Source of the DNA: Octopus vulgaris
Taxonomy: Eukaryota
Length of the DNA stretch: 64,000 nt
NCBI GenBank assembly: GCA_951406725.2
Contig: OX597818.1
Location: 115,320,001-115,384,000, forward strand
Direction of reading: 5' to 3'
Shown here: piece by piece, positions 1 through 23,826 of the stretch
Layout: every line of letters begins with the position of its first letter
Numbering within the stretch: the stretch's first letter is position 1
The notes under the pieces: generated by a model
Databases searched by the model: none
Told to the model about the DNA's origin: nothing
Seen by the model: the letters and a program-made list of their open reading frames with translations, nothing else
Translations under genes and position numbers: made by a program

Positions 1-622
1 CCGGACCCATGTGGTTGGTTAGCAAGCTACTTACCACACAGCCACTCCTATATATATATATATAGGCGCAGGAGTGGCTGTCTGGTAAGTAGCTTGCTTA
101 CTGCTACCAAGTTGTCGCGTTGTTTTTCGTCGTGGTGAAAGTCACGTCGTACGTGAAAAATTGAACATTTGAAGCATGACCACATGTAAAGCATTTGTTT
201 TTTGGGGTGTTTAGTGAAGTCCGTTGTCCGTATGGTTAATATTTTTTCGAACAAGAGTCTCCACTGGGTTTCAGACATTTGTTTGCCATTTGTTGCCAGT
301 GGTCTCACTTTTTAGTGAGAATTGTGTGTGTTTTCGGGAGGTGTGTCCTTCCGAAAATTTATGATTTTATGTGACTGTGTGCACTTCGTGGATTTTACCA
401 ATTGGAGTACAACCAAAATTTTACCATTTGGAGTACAACCAGGAATTTTGTGCTGCAAGGAATTTGTAACTGTACTACAAAGTTGAATTTTGTTGTCATT
501 TGAACTGTCTTCGTTCTTTTTCTCTTGTCTGTCTTTCTGCTCTTTTTGTGTTTGCATTAGAGACTTTTATTTGAACATTTTTGATTTTGTTGTGGACTTT
601 TATATTTTAGTTTATATTATTA

Positions 623-1185
623 ATGGCAACCAAATGTAAGAAAGCCCTAGAGTGGCGAATTGTGGCCTCCAAGGAGTGGTTAAAAAACTATGATGAGAGA
701 ACGGTGTTGTTGCGGACCTATTGCAAGGACCGCGGCACCATTTGTGTATTCCCTCAGAGGGAAATTGAAGAAGAGTTGGCGGGATTTGTGCCAACTTATA
801 GCTTCATCCGCAGGGGTGCAAAGTACACAACGGTGTGCGTGCTTTTCGACACCCCTACGGAAGCTCAGAAATTTGCGAGCCAACATATAGATGGGAGGAA
901 GATTTTTGTTTCTCCCCACTTACGGTGGGCGTAAATTGACAAGAGCCTGGGTGTGTGGGCTACCGCCCGGTATAGAGGCTGAATGGATAGAAGATTCTAC
1001 CGTCGAGGCCTTGGTGGGGGGCCTGCCAGGCTCTTGAATGTAAATATACTGCCTGCGGTCGATTGGGTCGGGTCAAAAGCAATTTTGACCATATGGGCCC
1101 AATCGACTGAAGATTTGGTTTTTCCAGATTTCTTGACAATGGCTGGTTCCAGGCACCCGGTGATCGTTGAGGGACGCCTCACAAG
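623..1185 (+). mobile_element. Degenerate ORF1 (gag-like) fragment of a probable L1/Tx1-group LINE
   Basis: ORF 623-934 (ERTVLLRTY...FIRRGAKYTTVCVLFDTPTEAQKF) plus a downstream piece ending RHPVIVEGR, resembling LINE ORF1 RRM region; broken frame; truncated by a SINE at ~1205. Family assignment is from resemblance only. Confidence 0.45.
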
Positions 1186-1214
1186 TGTGCCTGTGTCTGG
1201 AATCATACATATAT

Positions 1215-1387
1215 ATACATATATACGACGGGCTTCTTTCAGTTTCCGTCTACCAAATCCACTCACAAGGCTTTGGTCGGCCCGAGGCTATAGTAGAAGA
1301 CACTTGCCCAAGATGCCACGCAGTGGGACTGAACCCGGAACCATGTGGTTGGTAAGCAAGCTACTTACCACACAGCCACTCCTGCGC
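1215..1387 (-). mobile_element. SINE family A (tRNA-like head GGCGCAGGAGTGGCTGTGTGGTAAG...), 5' part
   Basis: Reverse complement of the same sequence found at 23391, 25119, 46523 etc.; A/B-box-like TGGCTGTGTGG and GGTTCAGTCCC. Confidence 0.8.
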
Positions 1388-1424
<37 letters not shown>

Positions 1425-2329
1425 GTGAAAAAAGATGAAAGATCTATACAAATCAAGTTTTTATATATAAAAGATGGAGGTGGAAATAACACAGAAGTAG
1501 GTCTAAGACATTTCAATTTAAGAGGGAATTTAATAAAAAAAATTATCAAATTATATAAATAAGATATTACCGGTTTCGATGTATCTTATCAAAAATTTAT
1601 AAAAATTTGAATCAAAAGCAGTTTATCTTCCGTCAGAGCGTCAAGAACATGTCCGGAGATTTTTCTTTGAAGTCTTCTTTAAATATAGTTTGGTGTAGAG
1701 TTCAGAGTGTTAGAGAGTGAGAGAAGGGGTGTCTCTTGTCTAAAACAAATCTGTGTGTGTTCCTTCCAAGGGAGTGGCTAAAAAGTATTTATTGAACAAA
1801 GACTATCTTTAGACAATAGAGACCCTTTCTCTCATTTTCCAACACTTTGAACTCAACGATCTAGTCTTTTTCATTCGCAAAATGACCCCACTTTAATTTT
1901 GCTCAAATTGCTTTCAATTTTTGGTGTAGCGATGCAACTCTGAGTTTTGATTACGACCAACCAATTACTTTATCTCGTAAATTAAGGAATCTGATGTTAT
2001 TCGGAATTAAAGTTGGGAAATTTGGGTAATTTTAGCCAATCAACTGACAGCGAATCATTAACAGCTTGTTACCATGCCAACCGCACGTTGAGTTAGGTTT
2101 CACCTGATTGTTGTCTTGATTCTTCACACCACGAGATTTACTTCACCTGCGTGTTTTGTTTTAATAAAAAATTTATATTTATCAATTAGAATTTTATTAT
2201 AGATATCTTTCGTCAACTGTCTTAATATTTTACATATTTTTCATATCTAACAACTCGAATTTAAATTTCCAAAGACACAACGTTACGATCACGAGCCAAG
2301 AACCCTAACCATTTATCCATGTTCTTTCA

Positions 2330-2381
<52 letters not shown>

Positions 2382-3079
2382 CAGAATACCCGACGTTGCC
2401 CTGTTTTAAGGCATATTCGATTTAACAGAATAATACTAAATTCCTCTTGAAAAGTTGTCTGACGAGTAAGAAATGAAATCATTTGCCAATACGTGTACAG
2501 CATTCTAGTGTCTAATATGCTTCAGATGGATGTCCAATACTTAGTGGCATTTCGTCAGTCTTTACGTTCTGAGTTGAGTTCAAATTCCGCCGAGGTCGAT
2601 TTTGCTTTTCATACTTTCAGCGTTGATAAAATATGTAACAGTTGAACAGTGGAGTCGATGTAATCGACTAGCAACCCTCCTCCGAACTTGCTGGCCTTGT
2701 GCCAAAATTCGAAACCAATATCAAAATATATAGCATTAATGAAATTATATAAATACCATATCTAATTCAGCCATATTAAATAAGAACACGTGACTAAGCA
2801 AATGTGAATGTAGTTTTATTTCAATAATGACGCTTTTTGATGATAATATATTTTATTCTAGAAATACTAATTCTTATATTTCCAAGAAGTAAAACAGCCA
2901 CAGAAATAACAAACACTCTTATAACCTATGGAAATGCTCGGAGGAAACCCATTAATCCAAATAGTGGAACTGCATTACACGCAGTATATATTATAAGAAT
3001 TGCGATGAGCCCAAGTTTCTATAATGTACCTATCGTAGCTTTGACCATTCTGAGCATTGTCATATCCCCAAAATTCTCA

Positions 3080-3510
3080 GTGTTTATGGATTTTCTATCA
3101 CGGGCATCAAAGAAGAGATTATGGGCTTCCAACCTTTGAGCAGCCTATTACAAATTAGCCATAAATAAAGCAGTATTTCTGATGCAGACCAGAAATTGTC
3201 AATGGTTGTCCTTGAAGTTTATTGATTGGCATGGCAAAGCTTAAGTGTTCTGGGAATTAAAGAATTCAAGTCTTTTAAATCGAAAGGAGATTTTTGTTGT
3301 TATGAGTGGAATCTTGAGTAAAACTGCATATTCTGCTTTGGTGCACTTAGCGAGAACAGAAGCGTTGATGACATAAAGCAATATACGTTTCACTATTAGT
3401 TATGTGCCATTGCACAACCAAGGTTGGTATAAATTTTCGTAGTAACACTATTGGGGACAAGCGAAAGCCCTTTGAAAATCTCATGAGTTTTGCAAGTGAA
3501 AATTGAAAAC
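3080..3510 (-). mobile_element. Helitron/PIF1-type helicase C-terminal relic (pseudogenised)
   Basis: Minus strand, across frameshifts: PIVLLR...LCNGT*LIVK...LLKIPLIT...FRFKRLEF...SFAMPINKLQGQPLTISGL...GCSKVGSP; matches Helitron helicase motifs LCNGTRL, RIPLI, FAMTINKSQGQ, SRVG. Confidence 0.7.
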
Positions 3511-4643
3511 GTTGTCCAGTATTATTGCCGTGGCAGAAACGCCAGAAAAGGGGAGGCAAGACAGAGAGAAAGGGAAAGAAATGGAAGAGGAAGTTGTGAC
3601 AACAGTCAGTTGAAAGATAAAAGGAATAAAGAAACACTGGTTAATCGATACAGGTGTAAAGTAATACACACGCGTCATCATTACTCGAGGTACTTCTCTT
3701 CAGCTGCTCATGCCAGTATTACTGAAATCGAGTCTTTACTTTTGTCTTGCTTGACACTGCTGTTAGCTTTCGTGGTGTTTATGTGCTGTCTGTCTGTGGG
3801 CATTCTGCTGAAGGTGGCCTGTCATTCATGCGGTATTACTGGTATTCATGGCGTGCTTCACGTTCACTGTAAATCTCAAGTCTTTTGTAAGATGTATTCT
3901 ATGCAGTAATAGCCTGTAATCTTTCTTGTCGTTGCTCGGCTGTTTCTGCCCTCAAAGCTCACGTTTGGATGTTGTAAGTGTGGGAAATCTTAAACTTGGC
4001 TTTAGTGATCGGAACATCACATCAGTTGTAATAAGAAAGAACTAAATAGTTATGACCGAAATTTGAACTTCCACCCACAAAATTCGACTTCCAGTAGCTG
4101 ACAGTTATTGAAAATGGTACATCAGTTGATATTGAATAATTCAAGCAGGAAGTTAGTTTTGGGGGATATGAATTCAAATTGTGGTCACGACCAACAATAG
4201 TCCTCCCTTTTTATGAATGATCTGTTACAAACTAATAAATATTCAAATGTGAGAGAATTGAAGAAATGTAATTTTGAATTGAAATACAATTGCAAAATAA
4301 AAGATTTGCATGGTTTTGCAAATGCAAGAACTGGCGCTTCGATATGAAAAATGAAAGAAAATGAGATAGAGAGTGAGATATAGAAAGCGAGTGGGGAAGA
4401 AATTCAACGAATGAAGTAAAGAGAGGGAGAGTCCGGTGAGGGAGGGTAAGAGGTAGTCGTAGAGTGAACGAGACGGAGAGAATGAAGAGACAATGAGAGA
4501 GGTAAATGTCAGCGAAAATACAAACTGACGAATAAGAGAGAAAAGAAAGAAAAAGTACGAGACAAAAGGAAAGGTAGAATGAAAGTAAAAGAATTTGGTA
4601 ATGGAAATGAGAGGAAGTAAAGAAAGAAGATATGAATGGGAAG

Positions 4644-4870
4644 AAGGCGGCGAGCTGGCAGAACCGTTAGCACGCCGGGCGAAATGCGTAGCCGTATTTC
4701 GTCTGCCGTTACGTTCTGAGTTCAAATTCAGCCGAGGTCGACTTTGCCTTTCATCCTTTCGGGGTCGATAAGTACCAGTTGCGCACTGGGGTCGATCTAA
4801 TCGACTTAATTCGTTTGCTTGTCCTTGTTTGTCCCCTCTATGTTTAACCCCTTGTGGGCAATAAAGAAAC
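4644..4870 (+). mobile_element. SINE family B (AAGGCGGCGAGCTGGCAGAA...GTTCAAATTCCGCCGAGGTCGACTTTGCCTTTCATCC)
   Basis: tRNA-like A/B boxes (TGGCAGAA, GAGTTCAAATTCC); many near-identical copies in window. Confidence 0.8.
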
Positions 4871-5310
4871 AGATATGAATGGAAAGAGAGAGAGAGAAGA
4901 GAGAGAGAGACAGATAGGTAGACAGACAGACAGAAAGAGAGAAAACTAGAAGCAGCAAAACTTTCAATGGCGAACAGAAAAGACAGATGAGAAGAACGCG
5001 ATTCAGAAGTGAGGGAGCAAAAGAGATGACGATAGATACATGAAAATGAAAGTAGACATGCGTGTAAGAGATGCTTAAAGCATTACATCAATTATGAGTT
5101 TTGGAGAAAGGTGAGCAAATACACATATAAATATATGTCTGTGTATGTGTATGTGTGAAGAGGGGGAGAGACAAAGAGAGAGAGAGGTAGGGTGTTTATA
5201 TTTAAGATGTAGAACATATTCAAACAAAAAATAAATTTGTTTACTCAATATGTGTATAATAGGTGGATAAACATACATAAAGAAAAACATGTCGTCTCCA
5301 TAATGAAATG

Positions 5311-5560
5311 TTGGGTTGGTGCATAATTATTGCGGCTTTTCTTTAACAAATCTATTCAACAAAAACAATAACAACTTTTAACAAAAACACCTTTAAATGA
5401 TTATTCCGGAGCATATTCACCATCTACTTCAATTACTGCTTCCCTTTTGCTTGGCGGATGGTCAGACCGGCATTTAAAGATGTTTTTGTTAAATATTGTT
5501 ATTGTTTTTTATTGAATAAAGGTTGTTGAAAAAAGCCGCAATAATTATGCACCAACCCAA
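5311..5560. mobile_element. mariner-derived MITE (~250 bp)
   Basis: TIRs TTGGGTTGGTGCATAATTATTGCGGCTTTT / AAAAGCCGCAATAATTATGCACCAACCCAA followed by TA; related copies at 62324-62540 and 63155-63354. Confidence 0.85.
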
Positions 5561-5834
5561 TATTGAGGTTTCTGATTGATATGTATACGTTTGTAACCAA
5601 TGCAGCTTTCGCAATCAACCAGTGGGTTGGTTGATTGGTTGGTTGCTTGGCTGCTTGGTTGCTTGGTTGCTTGACTGGTTGGTTGGTTGGTCGGTCGGTT
5701 GGCTGAGAGGTAAATTGTTTTTTTAAATAAAGAAACCATTTGAAAATTCAGCCAGAATCGGTAGAACGTGGACCAAAAGGCATTGCGTTGTTTGGTTAAT
5801 GCCCTTTACATTCTAACTTCAAATAGCGCCGAGG

Positions 5835-16183
<10,349 letters not shown>

Positions 16184-17149
16184 GGTGAGACGAACGGAGA
16201 CGGAGTTCGATATGAGGCCACAGCACGGAAACTGAACTCCAGTAACAGACTGAAAAATAGAAATAATGGTTTAATAGTTCTGTATTTGCGATGTAATCGA
16301 CTTAATCCCTTTGTCTGTCCTTGTTTGTCCCATCTATGTTTAGCCCCTTGAGGGCAATAAAGAAATAAGAAGTTAGTTCGTCACAGAGTTAACCGTTTAC
16401 AGCGGAGTGGATGGCAGTAACGCGAAATGAAATGTTTTACTCAAAAACACAACGCACTGCTTGATCCGGGAATCGAACACACGATCTAGTGATCGTGAGT
16501 GTTACACCCTAACCACCCGTCCACGCACCCAAACAAGTTTTAAATTAGAAAAACCATTATAATAACTTTACATTTCTTCCTTTGGGGTTCGATATAATCC
16601 TATAAACAATCAAGAGCTGTAGGCAGATGGTATTGATTCACCTCTTAAAACTATTTGCCTTATGACAAAATTAGAAAGAACTAAGGGCGGTGGGTTGTCA
16701 GAATCGTTAGCGCGTCGAACAAAATGCTTAGCGGCTTTTCTTCTAGTTTTACGTTCTGAGTTCAAATTCCGACGAGGTTGACTTTGCTTTTCTTTGTTTC
16801 GGGGTTGATAAAATAAATACCAGTTACGTATTGGGGTTGATGAAATCGACTTACCCCTTCCCTCGAAATTTCTGGACTTGTTCGAAAATGTGAAATCCTT
16901 ATTATAAAGGAAACGAGTTGCAGAATTGTTAGCAAGCTGGACAAAATGCTTAGAGCGTTTCTATTGGCTTTGGGTTCTGAGTTCAAATTCGTCTTCCTTT
17001 CGAGGTTCATAAAAAAAAAGTACCAATCAAGTATTGGGACCGATTTGATCAATTAGACCCCCAAATTTCAGGCCTTGGGCTTGTGGCAGAAAGGCTTATC
17101 ATTATTATTATTATCATCATCATCATCATTATTATTATTATTATTAAGT

Positions 17150-17425
17150 AGTCTTAGTTTTATCACGTGCTTTCACTTCACTACCGAGCGCATCTCCGTG
17201 TGCCTTGGGTATGTGCTGTGGTTTGTTGTGATGCTCTTATGGTTACTGTATTGAAAGTGTTTTACATAGGATGTTTGCAGTGCTTAGTAGTGCTCTTTTC
17301 TGTATGTTATAAATATATTTGTCAGTCCTGGTATTTTTGTCATGTATTTGTCCGAATATTTTTTATCATACCTAATGCGCCCACTATGATAGGAATTGTT
17401 TATGTTTTTAGACTCCACATTCGAG
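17150..17425 (-). mobile_element. R4/Dong-like RLE LINE 3' end
   Basis: Minus strand RMWSLKT..IPIIVGALGMIKK...IQKRALLSTANILCKTLS*, flanked by (TAA)n. Confidence 0.7.
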
Positions 17426-17438
17426 TATTATTATCATT

Positions 17439-17705
17439 GAGTGAGAGAGCAGTGCATGCTATCAAAGTGACACTGGGGTAAAATATACGAAGCCCAGTAT
17501 AACCATCATGACTACCCGTCTGATGAGGGTACACTAGGCACATGCATTACAACCAGATGTCCGCGACATGGTGATCTCATCTCAAGATAAACAGCATATG
17601 ACCTTGCAGGTGGGGGCCCAGTTAGAATTTTCTTCAGGTCTCTGAATAAGGGTTGTTTAAGGATGTTGAAAGAAACATCCATGTTTCCAAAGGTGAATTA
17701 TTTTA
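17439..17705 (+). repeat. Interspersed repeat shared with 33490-33700
   Basis: GGGGCCCAGTTAGAATTTTCTTCAGGTC...TTGTTTAAGGATG...CCATGTTTCCAAAGGT present at both loci. Confidence 0.6.
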
Positions 17706-18062
17706 ATCAAAGGCAATGCCGGTCGTTCAACGCTAGGTGTATCATTATGCATGTCAGATTAGCTGATAAAAGTATCATATACAAATAAGAAAAGAGATTT
17801 GAATATATCATATTTGTTTGTTGTTAGCTTATCTGAGAGACAAATAAATAAAGTACATAGATTTGAATACAAGAGAAGTGTTTATGCCAGTTGGAGAAGG
17901 GCTTAAATATGTGTATTGTTAAATAGATTGACAATGTTTTAGAATACCAAATTAAATTTGGAAATTTTAAGAATGTTGACTATATCTTATCCTTTATCGA
18001 TAAATTCTAGATAAAAACCGTAATATTTATTATTTTTAAATAATAAAACAGATTAGTCTTAC

Positions 18063-18300
18063 CTTTGCAGAACACAAAGTTCTTTGAGTGGTTTGAATCA
18101 GCCAAATATATTTCGGTATAATAATTATGTGAGTTAAACGATAACACAGACGGACGGACGCGTTGATGTTGATTTTATGAAGACAAATTATCGTTAAGTT
18201 CTAGAAGTCACACCGAAAAATTAAACAGTGCCATTGTTTATGCATGGTTGGGAGATTCTAAGATTGGTGCATTGAAACTGAAGAAAATTTATATTTCCGT
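18063..18300 (-). other. Possible non-coding 5'UTR exon of the GPCR
   Basis: Strong donor AAG|GTAAGA at 18063/18062 in unique sequence upstream of the 16249 acceptor; 5' boundary unknown. Confidence 0.3.
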
Positions 18301-18622
18301 CACAAAGGAGTAGAACGAATTGTCCTTATTTTATTTCATTATTTTCTTTGTTTTCATTGACCATTCTTACGTACGTTGGTCAAGCACAAAATCGGGAAAG
18401 AATACAGGTTATATGATATGGAAGGGAGAAAGCAAAGACATTTCCTTTCTTTTCGATTCGTAACAATGAAAACCGACAGCCAACAAAGAGCATCCATCTT
18501 GAATTTAATATTTCGTTTTCTATGCATCCGAATATTTTATCCCATGTACAGAATTGTATACCTCCTATCTTTGTGAGTCTTCTAGAATTATATTTTGTGT
18601 GTCAAATAACATCTCTCTCGCG

Positions 18623-18653
<31 letters not shown>

Positions 18654-19405
18654 AATAATATAACTCCATTACCTTCTCTGTATCTATCACTCATACAATA
18701 TTACAAGATGAAGTGGGTTTGGTCAATGATTTGGGAACCGCCCATTCTACCAAATGCAAATGCTTACATAAACATGTAGAAAACAAACCAACGAGAAAGA
18801 CATACAGAAAGTAATATGTAGTGTAAATCAGTACATGGGAACCTGCGTAGAGGGCTTTAAGTGTGTATGTGTGTATATATATATATATATATATGTACAT
18901 ACACGTATACATATATAGGTACATATATGTGTGGGGGCAGTTGTTGTGTGTACCAAAGGTCTTTCCCGAGCCATAGGTTCATGAAGCAATTTTCCCGTCT
19001 GTGGCGTGTATATTCACCCATGAGTAGTAATTTCGAAGTTTCGCTGCCGACCAAACTCCGAGGTTACAATCAACTTGTTTCTTTCGAAAAATATGTATGC
19101 ATGTATTTATACTCACACGTTCATACGCTCACGCAACCAAAATAACAAAACACATATTAACACCATATATTTCAATGGTATATTGTTCGCTGTTTACATA
19201 TGAATATGGCCGGCAACTAGCGGACAGAAACCTCTTTAGGCGTTTCTCACTCATACACATATACACAAACGTTAAACGATAACAGAGGAGGGTCTCAGCA
19301 CTTCAGCAAATAAATATTTAAGCTTTCCCTTCTGATCACTATTTCCTCGAATAAACATGCATCCATATATATATATATATATATATATAGATATATATAT
19401 ATACT

Positions 19406-19445
<40 letters not shown>

Positions 19446-19720
19446 CGTTCATTTATTTATACGAGTTGTGTTCGCAATTGTAAATAAAGTCAAAGTCAGA
19501 TAAATAGATATCTATACAAGTGATACAAGTAGCATCCTGGTTTACATAGCAAGTGCATTAGTTATTCTATTCATAATGTACAGGATTTAATAAACAAATT
19601 TAATTCTAAATGGAAACCCGGGAACAAACTTTCTCGTCTAAAAGTCACCATGTCTTTTTGCAAGAAAGAAAACGAATTTTTATAAAACGACAAGAAAAAA
19701 AAAAAATTTTAGCTATAGAT

Positions 19721-19852
<132 letters not shown>

Positions 19853-21539
19853 GACATATGCACAGCCCTGAAGTTTGGAGACGGGTTTTAATCGATAAAA
19901 TCGACTAAGGACTTCACTGGTCCTTCATTTTCTCGAACCCGGAAGAATGAAAGACAAAGCTGACCTCATATATATTCATTCAATCATCGATGATCGAATG
20001 AATTCGAGATGAATTTCGACTGGTAACTAAACCAGTTATTCGATCATAGGAACGAACAAACGAGCTCATTGGTTCTCCAGCTTCCAGATGCCAGGCCCCA
20101 CCAAAATATAAACAAAAATTCTTTTGAACCCTTCCTTCTCGTTATTATTAGAAGACGAAATTAAATTTGCATCTATACAATTTTCCTTTCTTTAAAGAGT
20201 CTGATACCATATTAATGTTATCAAGTATAGCAATTTGTTCGTCTTTTGTCGATCCCCTCTGCTCACACCCAAGAGTGGGGCTTAGACTTTGCTATTAGAA
20301 ACTTTGAACTAACCATCATTGATAGAGCTTCTGTTTGGTCACAAGACTTGCTTGAAAAACAACTAAAACTCCTTGAAATTATTATTTTCTGCTTTTAATA
20401 ACATATCACATTAGATAATATGCTATGTATTCAGACATATGCACAGCCCTGAAGCTTGGAGACGAGTTTTAGTCGAAAAAAATTGTCTAAGGACTTGATT
20501 GGTTCTTCCTTTTATCGAACCCAGAAGAATGAAAGGCAAAGCTGACCTCGATGACGTTTGAACTCAGAATCTAAAGATCTCGATGGAATTTGAACTCAGA
20601 ACGTAAAGAGCTAGAAAGATGTTGCAGGCTATTGTTTTCGGACGCTCAAGTGATTCTGCTAATCCACCGCCCTTATGAGATTGCCACACGGGGTCGCTTC
20701 TGATTTTACTAGACAAAATGCCTAGCACCATTTCTTCTAACTTTATGTTCTGAGTTCAAATTCTGCCGAGGAAATAAATAGGGGCTGATAATGACCCCTT
20801 TGATCATAAGTCTGCTCTATCTGTTGATTTGAAACTAGACAACAGCTATGATTATAACAACCATACAGTAATTCACTGTAGTTATAATTCCTAATGCTGT
20901 TAGTGCTTGCCAAATTTGTTTAATGACAATTCTACATCGTAATGTTTTTGCCTTCATTTTGTGATAGACCGCTACAACGCAGAAGATACCAGCTTCCGTT
21001 TCTTGCTTTCTGCTTGAGTAAAAATTATCAAACTTTAAACCTCTGTAACATTTTTCTTGAACAAATTGAATAAGAAAATTAAATTCAGCGTAAAACATTA
21101 CTTCAATATACCATATTTTCCCACTGATTTGCTGTGGTGTTTCTGTTTCTCCCAAGGCCGTTAGATATATGAGTAAACTTAATTAGCACAAACTGTGAAT
21201 CGCAACCAAAAATTTGTTATACTAAAACCATAATCAGAGTAATTATATTATTATAAAGACTATTCGTTACATAAGCACGCAGTAGTCCAGGGGTGGGGTT
21301 AACGATGATGTAGTGAGAAATTCTGTTCATCATTCTTAATGACTTAATAGATATAATTTAAATACTGGTCGTTAAAGAGCTGTGGAAAAACCACCTGCGT
21401 GGGATGTTCTTACGGCTGGTTAAGTTTTTGAGTTCAAATCCCACCCATTTTATCTCTTCAAGGTGGGGGTATAAAAATAAAGTCCCAAAACCATCCTGTA
21501 GTTGATCTAATCGACCATTCCTCTCTTCTCAAATATTGG

Positions 21540-22700
21540 TATCAAATTTTGGCACAAGGCCAGCAGTTGTGAAGAAGGTATGTAAGCCGATTAGATCGAC
21601 CCCAGTATTCGACTGGTACTTATTTTATTGACCCCGAAAGAATAAAAGGCAAAGTGGACCTCGGTGGAATTCGTAATTTTACCGTGCAGACGCACGAATC
21701 GCCGCTAAGCATTTTGTCCAGCGTGCTAAAGCCATAATCAGAGTAATTATATTATTATAAAAACTATTCGTTATATAAGCATGCAAATAGTCCAGGGTGG
21801 GGTTAAGGTTTGCTGCTCGCCGCCTTAAAGGGGAAACTCATAAAGGAAATCATTAGGCCAGGCTAACAATTTCTCCTCTCAAATATTGCTGGCCTCTTTA
21901 TAATAATTGTATGCTTTTCTACTCCAGGCACAAGGCCCGAAATTTTGAGGGAGGGCGCCAGTCGATTAGATCGACCCCAGTACGCAACTGATACCTAATT
22001 TATCGACCCCGAAAAGATGAAAGACATAGTCGACCTCGGCAGAATTTGAACTCACAACATAAAGTCAGACGAAATACCTCTAAGCATTTTGCCCCGCGTG
22101 CTAACGTTTCTTATTTCTTTACTACCCACAAGGGGCTAAACATAGAGGGGAAAAACAAGGACAGACAAACGGATTAAGTCGATTATATCGTCCCCAGTGC
22201 GAAACTGGCACTTATTTAATCGACCCCGAAAGGATGAAAGGCAAAGTCGACCTCGGAGGAATTTGAACTCAGAACGTAACGGTAGACGAAATACATATTT
22301 CTTTACTACCCACAAGGGGCTAAACACAGAGGAGACAAACAAGGACAGACAAACGGATTAAGCCGATTATATCGACCCCAGTGCGTAAATGGTACTTATT
22401 TAATCGACCCCGAAAGGATGAAAGGCAAAGTTGACCTCGGCGGAATTTGAACTCAGAACGTAACGGCAGACGAAATACTGCTAAGCATTTCGCCCGGCGT
22501 GCTAACGTTTCTGCCAGCTCGCCGCCTTAAGGTAAAAAAATACATTCTTCTCTATTCAAGGCACAAGGCCCGAAATTTTGTGAGAGGGAGCCAGTCGATT
22601 AGATCGACCCCAGTACACAACTGGCGGAATTTGAACTCAGAATGTAAAGACAGACGAAATTTCGCACGGCATGCTAACGATTCTGCCAGCTCCCCGCCTT
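21540..22700 (-). mobile_element. Cluster of nested/tandem SINE family B copies
   Basis: At least five repeats of GACCTCGGCGGAATTTGAACTCAGAAC-like units. Confidence 0.8.
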
Positions 22701-23390
22701 TATAATAATTTTATAATAATTGTATGAGCAAATAAATAGACATTTTCAAGCGTGATACAATGTTGTGATAATCGACCTTAATTAGATAACCGATTTAATT
22801 ATAACACTAAGGATCACAGTGGCAGACTCGTTAGAGGCGTCGGAGAAAAAAAGTACCGAAAGACATTTCCTCTGGAGTTTTACGTTCTGAGTTGAACTCA
22901 AACCTCACTGAGTACAACTTTGCTTTACATCCCCCACCTTTTTAGTGCGGTGAGGGCATAAAATAAAGTACAACTCAAGTACAAAATTAAGCTCCAGGCA
23001 TGTAAATAATTTAGTAATCGATGTTTCCTTTCCGCTCACAAATTACTGGATTCGGGCTTCTATTGGAAATGATTGCCATAATAATTGTTTGTTATATTGA
23101 ATAAACAAGCAAGCTGTCAGGCGGAAGTTAATGATGACGTAGTTAGGAGTTTTAATTATTATCCCTAATTACTTAATAGCCATGATTAATTTTGGTGACA
23201 AATTTTGGCGCATGACCGGTAAGTTTTGGGGAGGAGGTAAGTCGATTGCATTGACCCCGAAAGGATGAAAGGCAAACTCAACCACGGCGGCATTTGAACT
23301 CAGAAGGTAAAGTCGGAAAAAATGCTGCTAGTCGTGTTGTCCGGCATGCTAACGATTCTGCCAGCTATGTTTAATACTAAGAATTGTATA

Positions 23391-23559
23391 AGTGGCTGTG
23401 TGGTAAGTAGCTTTCTTACCAGCCACATGGTTCTGGGTTCAGTCCCACTGCGTAGCACCTTGGGCAAGTGTCTTCTGCTATAGCCTCGGGCTGACCAAAA
23501 CCTTGTGAGTGGATTTGGTAGACGGAAACTGAAAGAAGCCCGTCGTATATATGTATATG

Positions 23560-23625
<66 letters not shown>

Positions 23626-23826
23626 GTGCCTGTGTTTGTCCCCACCGCCAACATCACTTGACAACCGATGCTGGTGTGTTTACGTCCCCGCATTTAGCAG
23701 TTCGGCAAAAGAGACCGATAGAATAAGTACTAGGCTTACAAAGAATAAGTCTTGGGGTCGATTTGCTCGACTAAATGCGGTGCTCCAGCATGGCCGCAGT
23801 CAAAATGACTGAAACAAGTAAAGAGA
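23391..23826 (+). mobile_element. SINE family A, near full length, with internal (TA)/(TG) microsatellite
   Basis: Head, internal microsatellite and tail ...GACTGAAACAAGTAAAAGAG. Confidence 0.85.
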
